DNA of 64,000 nucleotides from an uncultured Thermotogae bacterium (GTDB lineage Bacteria; Bipolaricaulota; Bipolaricaulia; UBA7950; UBA9294): NCBI GenBank assembly GCA_964523545.1, contig CAZFZM010000004.1, positions 395 to 64,394 of the forward strand, read 5' to 3'. Shown piece by piece: positions 55,488 to 64,000 of this stretch (position 1 is its first letter; each line of letters starts with the position of its first letter). The notes under the pieces were generated by a model. It saw only the letters and a program-made list of their open reading frames with translations, ran no database searches and was not told where the DNA came from. The position numbers and the translations under genes were made by a program.

Positions 55488-55551
55488 GCTTTCTCCTTTT
55501 CGCCCGCGTCCGAGAGAGGGGGGATGCTCCACCCTCCCAGACGGGGTCGGT

Positions 55552-56823
55552 TCAATGACAGTACTTACGTCGCAGGCCCTCCACCTCAGATCTTACCCGC
55601 TCTTCGTCGATCGTGCGCAGCTCTCGGTTTCTCATCAGCCACCGTCCGTTGACGAGCACGTCGGTGACGTCAAGCGCGTTCGACGCGAAGACGAGCGTCG
55701 CCAGCGGATCGTGATGCGGGATCGCGTGAAGCGGATCGCGGTCGATGAGGATCAAGTCCGCTCGACCACCCTCCACCAAGCCCTCGGGCTCAAGCCCGAC
55801 GATTTGACGCCCGGCGCTCATCGCCATGTCGAGAATGTGCTTGGCGCTCGGGCGCATCGGATCCTCATGGAACGCGCGCTGAAGCATCCACGCCGCGCGA
55901 GCCTCCTCGATCATGTCGAGCCGGTTGTTCGAGGCGGCGCCGTCCGTGCCGATCGCAACGCGGATTCCCGCCTCCCGCATCCCGTTCACCGGGGCGATCC
56001 CGCTGCCCAGCTTGGCGTTGCTCTTCGGGCAGTGGGCGACCGTGACGTCGTGTGCGGCCAAAGCCGCGATGTCCGCTTCGTCGACGTGCACGCAGTGGGC
56101 GGCGAGCATCGGGACGGAGAAGGCGCCGATCCTCTCCAAGTACGGGATGGTGCCCTCGCCGCTCTTCTCCAGCCACGCATCGACCTCGTGGCGTGTCTCG
56201 GCGAGGTGCGTGTGGATCGGGACGCCGCGGTCCGCGGCCACCCCGATCGCCGCGCGCCACACGTCCTCCCCGCACGTGTAGATCGTGTGCGGGCTGATCG
56301 CGGCCCGGATCCTCCCGTCGGACGAGCCGTTCCAATGTTCGATGACTCGGGACGCCGCGTCGATCTCGGCGCGGCCTTTGGCCTCCATCGACGACGCGAT
56401 GATCCCGTAGGAGACGAGCGCCCGCGCGCCGCTCTCCGCGAGAGCCCGTCCGACCTCGTCGGTGTGGAAGTACATGTCGGCGAAGGCGATCGTGCCGCCG
56501 CGAATCCCCTCCGCCACCGCGAGCAGCGTGCACCAGTAGACGTCTTCTGGCTGCAGCTTCGCCTCGATCGGCCAGACGTGCTCCTCGAGCCAGATCTCCA
56601 GCGGGACGTCGTCGGCGAGGCCTCGGAAGAGAACCATCGCCAGGTGGGTGTGCGCGTTGACGAATCCGGACGCGACGAGCTTCCCACCCCCATCGATGAC
56701 GTCGTCTCCGGGACGCGGCGCGATCTCCGTTTCGGAGATCGTCGTGAAGCGCGCTTCCTCGAATCGTATATCGACGGGGGAACTCCCCCCGATTGGCTGA
56801 ACGTCCTTCAGAACCGTACCCAT
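55552..56823 (-). CDS. mtaD: amidohydrolase, MTA/SAH deaminase-like (MtaD family)
   Basis: [11 protein letters not shown]...IHTHLAET..E...AAHCVH...HCPKSNAKL...[10 protein letters not shown]. The start is taken at MGTVLKD (56823) inside spurious long ORF 55552-58380. Confidence 0.85.
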   Translation of the reverse strand: MGTVLKDVQPIGGSSPVDIRFEEARFTTISETEIAPRPGDDVIDGGGKLVASGFVNAHTHLAMVLFRGLADDVPLEIWLEEHVWPIEAKLQPEDVYWCTLLAVAEGIRGGTIAFADMYFHTDEVGRALAESGARALVSYGIIASSMEAKGRAEIDAASRVIEHWNGSSDGRIRAAISPHTIYTCGEDVWRAAIGVAADRGVPIHTHLAETRHEVDAWLEKSGEGTIPYLERIGAFSVPMLAAHCVHVDEADIAALAAHDVTVAHCPKSNAKLGSGIAPVNGMREAGIRVAIGTDGAASNNRLDMIEEARAAWMLQRAFHEDPMRPSAKHILDMAMSAGRQIVGLEPEGLVEGGRADLILIDRDPLHAIPHHDPLATLVFASNALDVTDVLVNGRWLMRNRELRTIDEERVRSEVEGLRRKYCH

Positions 56824-56938
56824 TCCGCCTTCATTCCCTGCGTAGTTGCGCGAGATTATACCCTCCGCAAATCCGCATCGCCATTGGGAAAGCCTCGATC
56901 GTTGGCGATCGCCCAGCGTGGAAGCTAATATATGAGAC

Positions 56939-57313
56939 GTGGAGAGCAAAGACGAGAGGACTGCAGGAAAAACCGCGGAGGAGAGCGCGTGCCGGTTCCT
57001 CCGTGACCGTGGGTACGAGATCGTGGCCCGGAACTGGCGGACGGTCAGGGGGGAGATCGACATCGTCGCGCGCGACGGCTCGACGCTCGTCTTCATCGAG
57101 GTGAAATCCCGTTCGCGGACGGGATTCGGAGGGCCGGAAGCGGCGGTCCATCCGGCGAAGCAGCGCCGCCTGATCGCCGCCGCGCGCGACTTCTTGGGCA
57201 GTACGGAGTGTAGGCTTCCCGTGCGATTTGACGTCGTGGCGATCCTCGGAGGAGAGCCGCGCCTCCATCGCGACGCCTTCCAGGTGGACGAGACGTGTTC
57301 GCTCGACTCCTGA
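56939..57313 (+). CDS. yraN: YraN-family (UPF0102) endonuclease-like protein
   Basis: GKTAEESACRFLRDRGYEIVARNWR...GEIDIVARDGSTLVFIEVKSR. Confidence 0.85.
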   Translation: MESKDERTAGKTAEESACRFLRDRGYEIVARNWRTVRGEIDIVARDGSTLVFIEVKSRSRTGFGGPEAAVHPAKQRRLIAAARDFLGSTECRLPVRFDVVAILGGEPRLHRDAFQVDETCSLDS

Positions 57314-58830
57314 GCGGTGCGGTTCTCGGAATCGACGCCAAGCTGATCGAGGTTCAATGCGACGTCAGCGGAGGGCTTCCCCTCTTCCACGTGGTCGGTC
57401 TGCCGGAGAAGGAGGTCTCCGAGAGCCGGGAACGGATCCGGAGCGCGATCAAGAACTCCGGGTTGACGTTCCCGGCGGGACGGATCACGGCGAACCTCGC
57501 CCCGGCGGATCTGAAGAAGGAAGGAGTCGGCTTCGATGTGCCGATCGCCGTGGCGATCCTGATCGCTTCGTCTCAGGTCGCGGCGCCGAAGGCAAGGCAC
57601 CTCTTGGTCGGTGAGCTGGCGCTGAACGGTGAGATCCGCGGCGTGCGCGGCGTTCTCCCGATCGCCATCGCGGCTGCCGGATGCGTCGACGGGGTGGTCG
57701 TGCCGCGGGAGAACGCCGTCGAGGCGGCTCTGGCGACCGATTCCCCGGTGTATCCGGTGACGACGCTGCGCGACCTTGTAGCCTTTCTGAACGGTGAATC
57801 GGAGATCGAACCGGTGCGTATCGATCGAGAGGAGCTGTTGCGATCCGAACCGCCCTCGATCGACCGCGACCTTGCGGAGGTGCACGGCCAGGCGCAGGCG
57901 AAACGGGCCCTGGAAGTGACGGCTGCCGGGGGGCACAACCTGCTGATGGTCGGGCCGCCCGGCGCGGGGAAGAGTCTTCTCGCTCGCTGCCTTCCCGACC
58001 TCCTCCCTCCGTTGACCCTCGAGGAGGCGCTCGAAGTGACGAAGATCTACAGCTCGGCCGGCCTCCTCGAGGAGAGCGCTTCCCTCGTCCGCCGCCGCCC
58101 TTTCCGCGCTCCGCATCAGACGATTTCGTACGCGGGGATGGTCGGAGGCGGACACGGCGTGCCGGGACCGGGCGAGATCAGCCTCGCGCACCACGGTGTT
58201 CTCTTCCTCGATGAACTGCCCGAATTCGACCGAAGGGTACTCGAGACGCTCCGTCAACCGCTCGAGGATCGAACGATCCTCCTCTCGCGGGCCGGCGTTT
58301 CGGTCCGTTATCCGGCCTCGTTTACCCTGGTCGCCGCGATGAACCCGTGTCCGTGTGGGTACCTCGGTGACTCGATGCATCCTTGTCGGTGCACGCTACA
58401 CGACATCCACCGATACCGCCGGAGGCTGTCGGGGCCGTTCCTCGATCGGATCGACCTGTTCGTCGAGGTGCCGCGACTCTCCCCCGACGAGCTTCTCGCG
58501 GCGAGAGGCGGGGAGGAGTCGATGCGAGTGAGGGGGAGGGTCACCGAGGCGCGAGCGAGCCAGTGGGAGCGGCTTCTTGGTGAGCCCGGATACTTCTCCA
58601 ACGCGCAACTCGACGGTGAGTTGCTCGACGCGTACTGCGAATTGGAGAGCGGTGCGAGAAGCCTGCTGAAGCGGGCGGTGACGCGGTTCGGGTTGAGCGC
58701 GAGGGCGCACGTGCGAATCGTCCGCGTAGCCCGAACGATCGCCGACTTGGAGGGAGCGGAGAAGCTGTCCGCCGAGCACGTCGCCGAGGCCGTTCAATAT
58801 CGGCCGGCCGGCGAGTCGATCGGGGAGTAG
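57295..58830 (+). CDS. comM: YifB/ComM-family Mg-chelatase-like AAA+ ATPase
   Basis: MFARLLSGAVLGIDAKLIEVQCDVS.GLP.F.VVGLP...; Walker A MVGPPGAGKSLLA; GVLFLDELPEF. Confidence 0.9.
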   Translation: MFARLLSGAVLGIDAKLIEVQCDVSGGLPLFHVVGLPEKEVSESRERIRSAIKNSGLTFPAGRITANLAPADLKKEGVGFDVPIAVAILIASSQVAAPKARHLLVGELALNGEIRGVRGVLPIAIAAAGCVDGVVVPRENAVEAALATDSPVYPVTTLRDLVAFLNGESEIEPVRIDREELLRSEPPSIDRDLAEVHGQAQAKRALEVTAAGGHNLLMVGPPGAGKSLLARCLPDLLPPLTLEEALEVTKIYSSAGLLEESASLVRRRPFRAPHQTISYAGMVGGGHGVPGPGEISLAHHGVLFLDELPEFDRRVLETLRQPLEDRTILLSRAGVSVRYPASFTLVAAMNPCPCGYLGDSMHPCRCTLHDIHRYRRRLSGPFLDRIDLFVEVPRLSPDELLAARGGEESMRVRGRVTEARASQWERLLGEPGYFSNAQLDGELLDAYCELESGARSLLKRAVTRFGLSARAHVRIVRVARTIADLEGAEKLSAEHVAEAVQYRPAGESIGE

Positions 58831-58961
58831 CTCGGACAACACGCTGCCACCGTCTCCGACTCATGAAATGTACACATCGGGCGGCTAGAGTTTGGGGTCG
58901 CTGGTGCAGACGCGATGCGGTAAGATCCCCTACTGTGATAACCATTGAGGAGGCGCGGGGA

Positions 58962-61136
58962 ATGAACAGACACGTACTCGGCGTGGCCTTCGTCTTGTTG
59001 GTCGGGCTCTCAGTCGCAGGATGGGCCGTGGAGTATCCGGTGACGGTGTCCGCCGTCGAGATTGAGGGAACGGTCAAGATCAAGGACAAGGAGATTCTGG
59101 AAGTCATCGGCTTCCAGACTGGAGACGAGGTCTACGAGTCCGACTTGAGGGCCGCGTCGCAAGCGGTCTTCGACCTGGGGTGGTTCAGTGAGGTCGCTCC
59201 CGAAGTGGGAGAGAACGGCGAGATCACCCTCCACGTCGTGGAGAATCCCGTGATTCGCGAGATCGTCATCACCGGGAACGACTACCGGCAGTGGTACTCC
59301 GTGTTCGGCGTCAGGTTGTTCAACCTCCCGATCGTCTCGACGTCGAGGATCAGGCGGATCCTCTACCAGGAGGACGTCAAGAAGCGGGAGGTGTTGAATC
59401 GCGTCGGCCTTGAGACGGCCCTGAGCAACGTCATCACCCGGTACAACGATCAAGGCTACGTTCTGATCGCGATCGGCGACGTGGAGATCGGAGAAACGCT
59501 TCGGATCGAGATCATCGAGGGGCGCGTCGTTGCGAACACAATCGTTGGCCTCGAGTCGGTCCCAACGGAGGTGGCGGAGGAGATGATCGACCTTCCGCTC
59601 GGCGAACCGCTCCGCAGGATCGATGTACAACAGATTCTGTCGCGCTTGGGGGAGTCCGTCTACTTCACGAACGTGGAGGTGGTCCCACAGCAGGGCCCGG
59701 AATCGGACAGTGTGATCCTGCAGTGGAACTTTGAAGAGCGAGATCTGATTCAGGAGCCGGTCCTCGTTGAGGGAATCGTCCTCGATGGGATCACGTGCTA
59801 CGCGGAGGACGTCGTGTATGCCGAGTTGGGCGAGATCCCGGAAGAGCCGATCGACAACTACGGTCTTCTGCAGATTCTGGAAGGGGTCTACGACTTGTAC
59901 TCCGATGCGGGCTACATGATGGTTCGCTTCGCAGTTGAAGGGATCGACGACGGAGGGCTTCACATCCGCGTCAAAGAGGGCCGCGTCAGCGAGATTGCGC
60001 TCGAAGGGACCGAGCACACGAAGGACTACGTGATTCTCCGGAAGCTCGATATCGAGGTGGGCCGGATTCTCAACCGTTCCGACTACCTCGTCTCGTATCA
60101 GAACCTGACGGGGCTCGGCTACTTCGGTTCGGTCGACCTCGCACCCGAGTGGATCGACGACGGCGTCCGGGTCACCGTGACGGTGAAGGAGAGGTCGAGC
60201 CTGGGCGGATTCGAAGGGTCGATGGCGCTCGATCCGAGCACCGGCGGATTGGTCGGCGAGTTGAAGCTCAACCAGAAGAACCTGTTCGGGACCGGGCAGG
60301 ACGTCTCGCTGAGCTACAGCCGCGGGCTTCTGGATGAGGGGGAGCCGCAGACCACGACGTGGGATCTCGCGTACACGTCGGTGGCGTTCTTCCCTGGGTT
60401 CGACTACGTCGGTCTCGACCTATACAGGGAGACGGAGGAGATCACGGTATCCGACGAGACGTCGACCGTCGTCACCTACGGCGTGGGAAGCACGGTTGCC
60501 TATCCCATCGCCGACTACGTCAACCTGGGGTTGTCCTACAAGCATGAGGAAGAGCGCGCCGTCGGGGAGACGCTCTGGATCCCGACGGACTCGGTGACGA
60601 TGGCCCTGACGTACGACGACGTCAACGACGCCTACTTCCCCACCGGCGGGACCCGGCGCTCGGTCAGTCTGGAGAAGGCGGGTGGATTCTCCGCCGGCCG
60701 GGAGTACTTCAATCTGGGGCTCAACTGGGTCCAGTTTAGCCCGTCCGGCTTGGCGTTGTTCGGCGACATGAGGCAGACGGTCGGCGTCCGGTTGATGGCC
60801 GGGTGGGGGGACGATCGACTTCCGACCAGCCAGTACTACGAGCTCGGCGGGTCGACGTCGGTGCGGGGGACGGACGCGGTGTCCGTGCCACGCATCTTCC
60901 TGACGAACGCCGAGTATCGAGTCGAGCTCGCCGAGGACGGCCTCTACATGGCGACGTTCCTCGACGCGGGAATCGACCTCGATATGGTCCGTCTGGACGC
61001 GATTCTCGCAACGACCGGCATCGAGTTCACCGTGAACGCTGCCGGGATCTACGTGCGGCTAGACATCGCGTGGTCACTCAGTTCCGAATGGTGTTGGGTC
61101 CCGCGATTCGAGATCGGCTTCGGGCAGATGTTCTGA
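58962..61136 (+). CDS. bamA: BamA/Omp85-family outer membrane protein (POTRA repeats plus beta-barrel)
   Basis: Signal peptide MNRHVLGVAFVLLVGLSVAGWA, POTRA-like repeats (V..V.I.G....), and a C-terminal barrel ending FEIGFGQMF. GAGGAGG before ATG 58962. Confidence 0.85.
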   Translation: MNRHVLGVAFVLLVGLSVAGWAVEYPVTVSAVEIEGTVKIKDKEILEVIGFQTGDEVYESDLRAASQAVFDLGWFSEVAPEVGENGEITLHVVENPVIREIVITGNDYRQWYSVFGVRLFNLPIVSTSRIRRILYQEDVKKREVLNRVGLETALSNVITRYNDQGYVLIAIGDVEIGETLRIEIIEGRVVANTIVGLESVPTEVAEEMIDLPLGEPLRRIDVQQILSRLGESVYFTNVEVVPQQGPESDSVILQWNFEERDLIQEPVLVEGIVLDGITCYAEDVVYAELGEIPEEPIDNYGLLQILEGVYDLYSDAGYMMVRFAVEGIDDGGLHIRVKEGRVSEIALEGTEHTKDYVILRKLDIEVGRILNRSDYLVSYQNLTGLGYFGSVDLAPEWIDDGVRVTVTVKERSSLGGFEGSMALDPSTGGLVGELKLNQKNLFGTGQDVSLSYSRGLLDEGEPQTTTWDLAYTSVAFFPGFDYVGLDLYRETEEITVSDETSTVVTYGVGSTVAYPIADYVNLGLSYKHEEERAVGETLWIPTDSVTMALTYDDVNDAYFPTGGTRRSVSLEKAGGFSAGREYFNLGLNWVQFSPSGLALFGDMRQTVGVRLMAGWGDDRLPTSQYYELGGSTSVRGTDAVSVPRIFLTNAEYRVELAEDGLYMATFLDAGIDLDMVRLDAILATTGIEFTVNAAGIYVRLDIAWSLSSEWCWVPRFEIGFGQMF

Positions 61137-61200
61137 GCGCCGACAATCGATGGAGAACGGTCGCGACCCGACAGGAACGGGTACCCACAAGGAGGGTAGG

Positions 61201-61935
61201 ATGTCCCGGAATACGCTGTTCATCGCTGGTTTCGCCTTGTTGCTGGCCGCCGGTGCGTTGATCCTTCAGTTCGCACTACCGGCGGGCGGCGGCATGAGCG
61301 GTTCGGAGTTCAGGGCTCTTGAGAACGAAGTGGCGACGCTGCGGCAGGGAGTCGCGCTGAAGATCGCCCTCCTCGACGCGGAGGAAGCGTTCACGGTCTT
61401 CACGGACGCAGTCAGTGACCTGAGGCGACGTGCCACCGCGAAGCTGGCGGAGGTCGCGGGACTGCAACAGGAACAGCGCGAGGGAACGGTCTCGGAACGT
61501 GACTTCCGAACACGGCTGATGCAGCTCCAGGCCGAGTTCCTCGAGGCCCAGTTCGCGGTTCATGTCGCGGTGATCGACACGATGCTCGCTGCGGACGGGT
61601 TCTCGGACCTCCGAGGGGAGCTCTCGCAACTGAAGGAGCAGATTCAGCCGGTCGTCGACGCGACGAAAGAGTTCGTCTCGACCGTCCAACTCGGCGCCAT
61701 CGACACCGCGGATTTCGAAAGCAGCTACACGCAGCTGGAGAACTTGTACACGCAGTCCGACCAGCTCCTCGTCAACCTCGCTGCCGTGAAGGTCGTTGCA
61801 GCCGCGAAGGAGATCGCGCTCGAGCGGGGGTTCGATCTCGTCTTGGGCAAGAAGAACGTCCACGTGTACTCGAACCCCGCCGTGATCACTGACATCACCG
61901 ATCTCGTCAAGGCGAGGCTGTCGACGTACCTGTAG
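61201..61935 (+). CDS. skp: OmpH/Skp-like periplasmic chaperone, copy 1
   Basis: TM/signal segment, a long coiled coil, and the C-terminus AAKEIALERGFDLVLGKKNVHVYSNPAVITDITDLVKARL typical of OmpH. AAGGAGG before the ATG. Confidence 0.75.
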   Translation: MSRNTLFIAGFALLLAAGALILQFALPAGGGMSGSEFRALENEVATLRQGVALKIALLDAEEAFTVFTDAVSDLRRRATAKLAEVAGLQQEQREGTVSERDFRTRLMQLQAEFLEAQFAVHVAVIDTMLAADGFSDLRGELSQLKEQIQPVVDATKEFVSTVQLGAIDTADFESSYTQLENLYTQSDQLLVNLAAVKVVAAAKEIALERGFDLVLGKKNVHVYSNPAVITDITDLVKARLSTYL

Positions 61936-62065
61936 GGACGATGGAGAAGTCCGGGACGTCGGCCGTCCTGACGAAGTCGTCCGGCCTCTTCGTTGCGTGA
62001 CGTCCGGGTGAGGGACGCGTCGGCGTCGGCCTTCCTCCATCGGCGTTTGGCAGAAGTTCTCGTCC

Positions 62066-62094
62066 CTGACGATCGTCGGTAAGTCGTCTATAAT
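62066..62094 (+). promoter_or_regulatory. possible promoter of second skp copy
   Basis: CTGACG-17 nt-TATAAT. Confidence 0.35.
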
Positions 62095-62125
62095 CGGCGG
62101 AACGGAGATTCACAAGGAGGATGGC

Positions 62126-62860
62126 ATGTCCCGGAATACACTGTATATCGCTGGTCTTGCTCTCTTGTTGGCCGTCGGTGCGTTGATCCTTCAGTTCGCG
62201 CTCCCGTCGGGTGGCGGTGTGAGCAGCTCGGAGTTCAAGGCGCTGCAGAACGAGGTAGCGACTCTGAGGCAGCAGGGGGCCCTTCGGATCGCGTTCGTGA
62301 AGGCCGAGGATGCCTTCAAGGTCTTCACGGACGCCGTGGCCGACATGCGGCAGAGGGCGAGCGACAAGGCCGCGGAGGTTGCCCAGCTTCAGCAGGAATA
62401 CACCAACGGGATGATCTCGGACAGCGACTACGAGCAGCAGATGATGGAACTGAAGGCCGAGTTCCTCGACGCGCAATACGCGGTCCAGGTGACGATGATC
62501 GACAGGATGATCGCCGCGGACGGCTTCGCGGACATCCGCGGAGAACTGACGGCGCTCAAGGAAGAAGCGCAGAGCTACGTCGATGGAATGAAGGATCTGC
62601 TCTCGACTGCGAGGATCGGTGTCATCGGCGCCGCCGAGTTCAACAGCCGGTACACGCAGCTGGAGAGCGCGTACACGCAGCTCGATCAGCTTCTCGTCAG
62701 CGCCGCGACGGTGAAGGTCGTCGAGGCCGCCAAGGAAGTGGCGCTCGAACGCGGATTCGACCTCGTTCTGAACAAGCAGAACGTCCACGTGTACTCGAAC
62801 CCGGCCGCGGTCATCGACATCACCGATCTCGTCAAGGCGAAACTCTCGACGTATCTGTAG
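62126..62860 (+). CDS. skp: OmpH/Skp-like periplasmic chaperone, copy 2
   Basis: Same length (244 aa) as copy 1 and collinear with it. The two are identical over MSRNTL.IAG.ALLLA.GALILQFALP.GGG and ...ALERGFDLVL.K.NVHVYSNPA...DITDLVKA.LSTYL. Confidence 0.75.
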   Translation: MSRNTLYIAGLALLLAVGALILQFALPSGGGVSSSEFKALQNEVATLRQQGALRIAFVKAEDAFKVFTDAVADMRQRASDKAAEVAQLQQEYTNGMISDSDYEQQMMELKAEFLDAQYAVQVTMIDRMIAADGFADIRGELTALKEEAQSYVDGMKDLLSTARIGVIGAAEFNSRYTQLESAYTQLDQLLVSAATVKVVEAAKEVALERGFDLVLNKQNVHVYSNPAAVIDITDLVKAKLSTYL

Positions 62861-62871
62861 ACGGGACAATC

Positions 62872-63309
62872 ATGCTCGACATCGAGGCGGTCCGCCGAAC
62901 TTTGCCGCATCGATACCCGTTTCTGATGATCGACCGGGTGCTCGAACAAGAGGACGGCCGCGTCGTCGCGGTGAAGAACGTGACCGTCAATGAGCCGTAC
63001 TTCCAGGGGCACTTCGCCGAGCCGCTCGAGGCGGTGATGCCGGGCGTGCTGATCCTCGAGACGATGGCGCAGACGACCGCCTTCCTCATCCCGCAGGAGG
63101 GCAAGGAGAAGCCGCGCGAAGGATACCTCGTCGGCGTGGAGAAGGCCCGCTTCCGGCGGAAGGTCGTTCCGGGCGACCAGCTTCGCATCGAGGCGGAGCG
63201 CACACGGGCGAAGCGAGGGCTGCTGCAGGCCGACGTCCGTGCCACCGTCGATGGGGAGTTGGCGGCATCGGCGACGCTTTCCGTGTTGATCGCCGAGGGG
63301 CGTACGTGA
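62872..63309 (+). CDS. fabZ: 3-hydroxyacyl-ACP dehydratase
   Basis: LPHRYPFLMIDRV...NVTVNEPYFQGHF...MPGVLILETMAQ. Confidence 0.95.
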   Translation: MLDIEAVRRTLPHRYPFLMIDRVLEQEDGRVVAVKNVTVNEPYFQGHFAEPLEAVMPGVLILETMAQTTAFLIPQEGKEKPREGYLVGVEKARFRRKVVPGDQLRIEAERTRAKRGLLQADVRATVDGELAASATLSVLIAEGRT

Positions 63310-64000
63310 TCGAGTGCATCCCCAACGTCAGTGAGGGGCGCGACCGCGCGCCCCTCGATCGGTTTGTCGACGCGGTCGCGGCGACCGGCTGCCGCGTTCT
63401 CGACCTTCACATCGATCCGGATCACCATCGATCCGTCCTTACGTTCGTCGGGGAAGAGGGCCCGCTGCTCGGTGGCGCTCTCGCGTTGACGCGCGAGGCT
63501 GCGGACCGGATCGATCTGCGCGCGCAGCGTGGTGTTCATCCGCGGATGGGCGCGGTGGACGTGATCCCCTTTGTGCCGCTGCAGGGCGCGACGATGCAGG
63601 ATTGCGTCCGGCTCGCACGTCGCGTCGGACGTGCGATCGGCGAGGATCTCGGGATCCCCGTATTCCTCTACGGGGAGGCCGCTTCGTCCGAAGCGCGCCG
63701 CAATCTGGCGGACGTTCGCAGGGGCCAGTTCGAGAACCTCGCGGCGAAGCTCGCTCGATCGGAGTGGACCCCGGACTTCGGTCCGAGCCGCCCCCATCCG
63801 ACGGCCGGCGCCGTCGCCGTCGGTGCGAGAAGCTTCCTCGTGGCGTTCAACGTCGTCCTGGAAACCGACGATCTGACGATCGGACGGCAGATTGCATGGG
63901 CGATCCGGGAGGCGAACGGCGGATTGAAGGGGGTCAAGGCGCTCGGCCTGCCGCTCGCCAGCCGGGGGCTCGTCCAAGTATCGATGAATCTCACCGACGT
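63306..64000 (+). CDS. ftcD: glutamate formimidoyltransferase (FtcD N-terminal domain-like), 3' end beyond window
   Basis: GTG 63306 overlaps the fabZ stop. VIECIPNVSEGRD...DPDHHRSVLTF.G...HPRMGAVDVIPFVPL. The frame is open to the window end, so it is not in the ORF track. Confidence 0.8.
   Translation, partial: MIECIPNVSEGRDRAPLDRFVDAVAATGCRVLDLHIDPDHHRSVLTFVGEEGPLLGGALALTREAADRIDLRAQRGVHPRMGAVDVIPFVPLQGATMQDCVRLARRVGRAIGEDLGIPVFLYGEAASSEARRNLADVRRGQFENLAAKLARSEWTPDFGPSRPHPTAGAVAVGARSFLVAFNVVLETDDLTIGRQIAWAIREANGGLKGVKALGLPLASRGLVQVSMNLTD

Noticed and set aside
56824-58380. Upstream 519-codon extension of the amidohydrolase ORF (track ORF 55552-58380)
   Set aside because: The extension is antisense to yraN and comM and reads as low-complexity sequence. 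The amidohydrolase homology starts at MGTVLKD (56823).

Overview
High-GC bacterial chromosomal segment, probably from an uncultured anaerobe. It mixes diderm markers (BamA, two Skp/OmpH) with Firmicutes-like ones (RNase Y, SpoVS, YqeG); no taxon is claimed. All calls come from reading the translations and sequence by eye, with no database search. About 58 protein genes are supported. Confident housekeeping calls: single-chain pyruvate:ferredoxin oxidoreductase, pgsA, rluD, nusA, rny, spoVS, mazG, an opp/dpp-type permease pair with its binding protein, citrate lyase citD-E fusion plus citF, leuC/leuD-type dehydratase, coaD, an M16 peptidase, pnp, rpsO, an MtaD-like amidohydrolase, yraN, comM/yifB, bamA, skp x2, fabZ and a partial formimidoyltransferase. 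No tRNA, rRNA, CRISPR array, transposase or integrase was recognised. Three lower-GC or accessory stretches stand out. (1) 0.8-7.7 kb holds a dispersed intergenic repeat family around small cassette-like genes, a Zn-ribbon mini-operon missing from the ORF track, a three-gene module (polytopic membrane protein plus two DUF4145/HEPN-like proteins), and an ABC ATPase with an internal deletion and frameshift. (2) 14.3-15.0 kb holds two small ORFs built on a PIDVGG motif, one a 4.5x decapeptide tandem repeat, lying between an MFS exporter and a cupin-HD-GYP protein. (3) 39.9-48.8 kb is a compositionally distinct four-gene module: a strong promoter, a secreted (xxTC)n cysteine-repeat protein followed by an intrinsic terminator, two paralogous ~860-aa membrane proteins with GldG/DUF4350-like domains, and an internally duplicated S41 protease. 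A truncated gene sits at its left border. Items (2) and (3) are the best candidates for undescribed systems. Many long ORFs in the track are antisense or shadow frames typical of high-GC DNA and were rejected.
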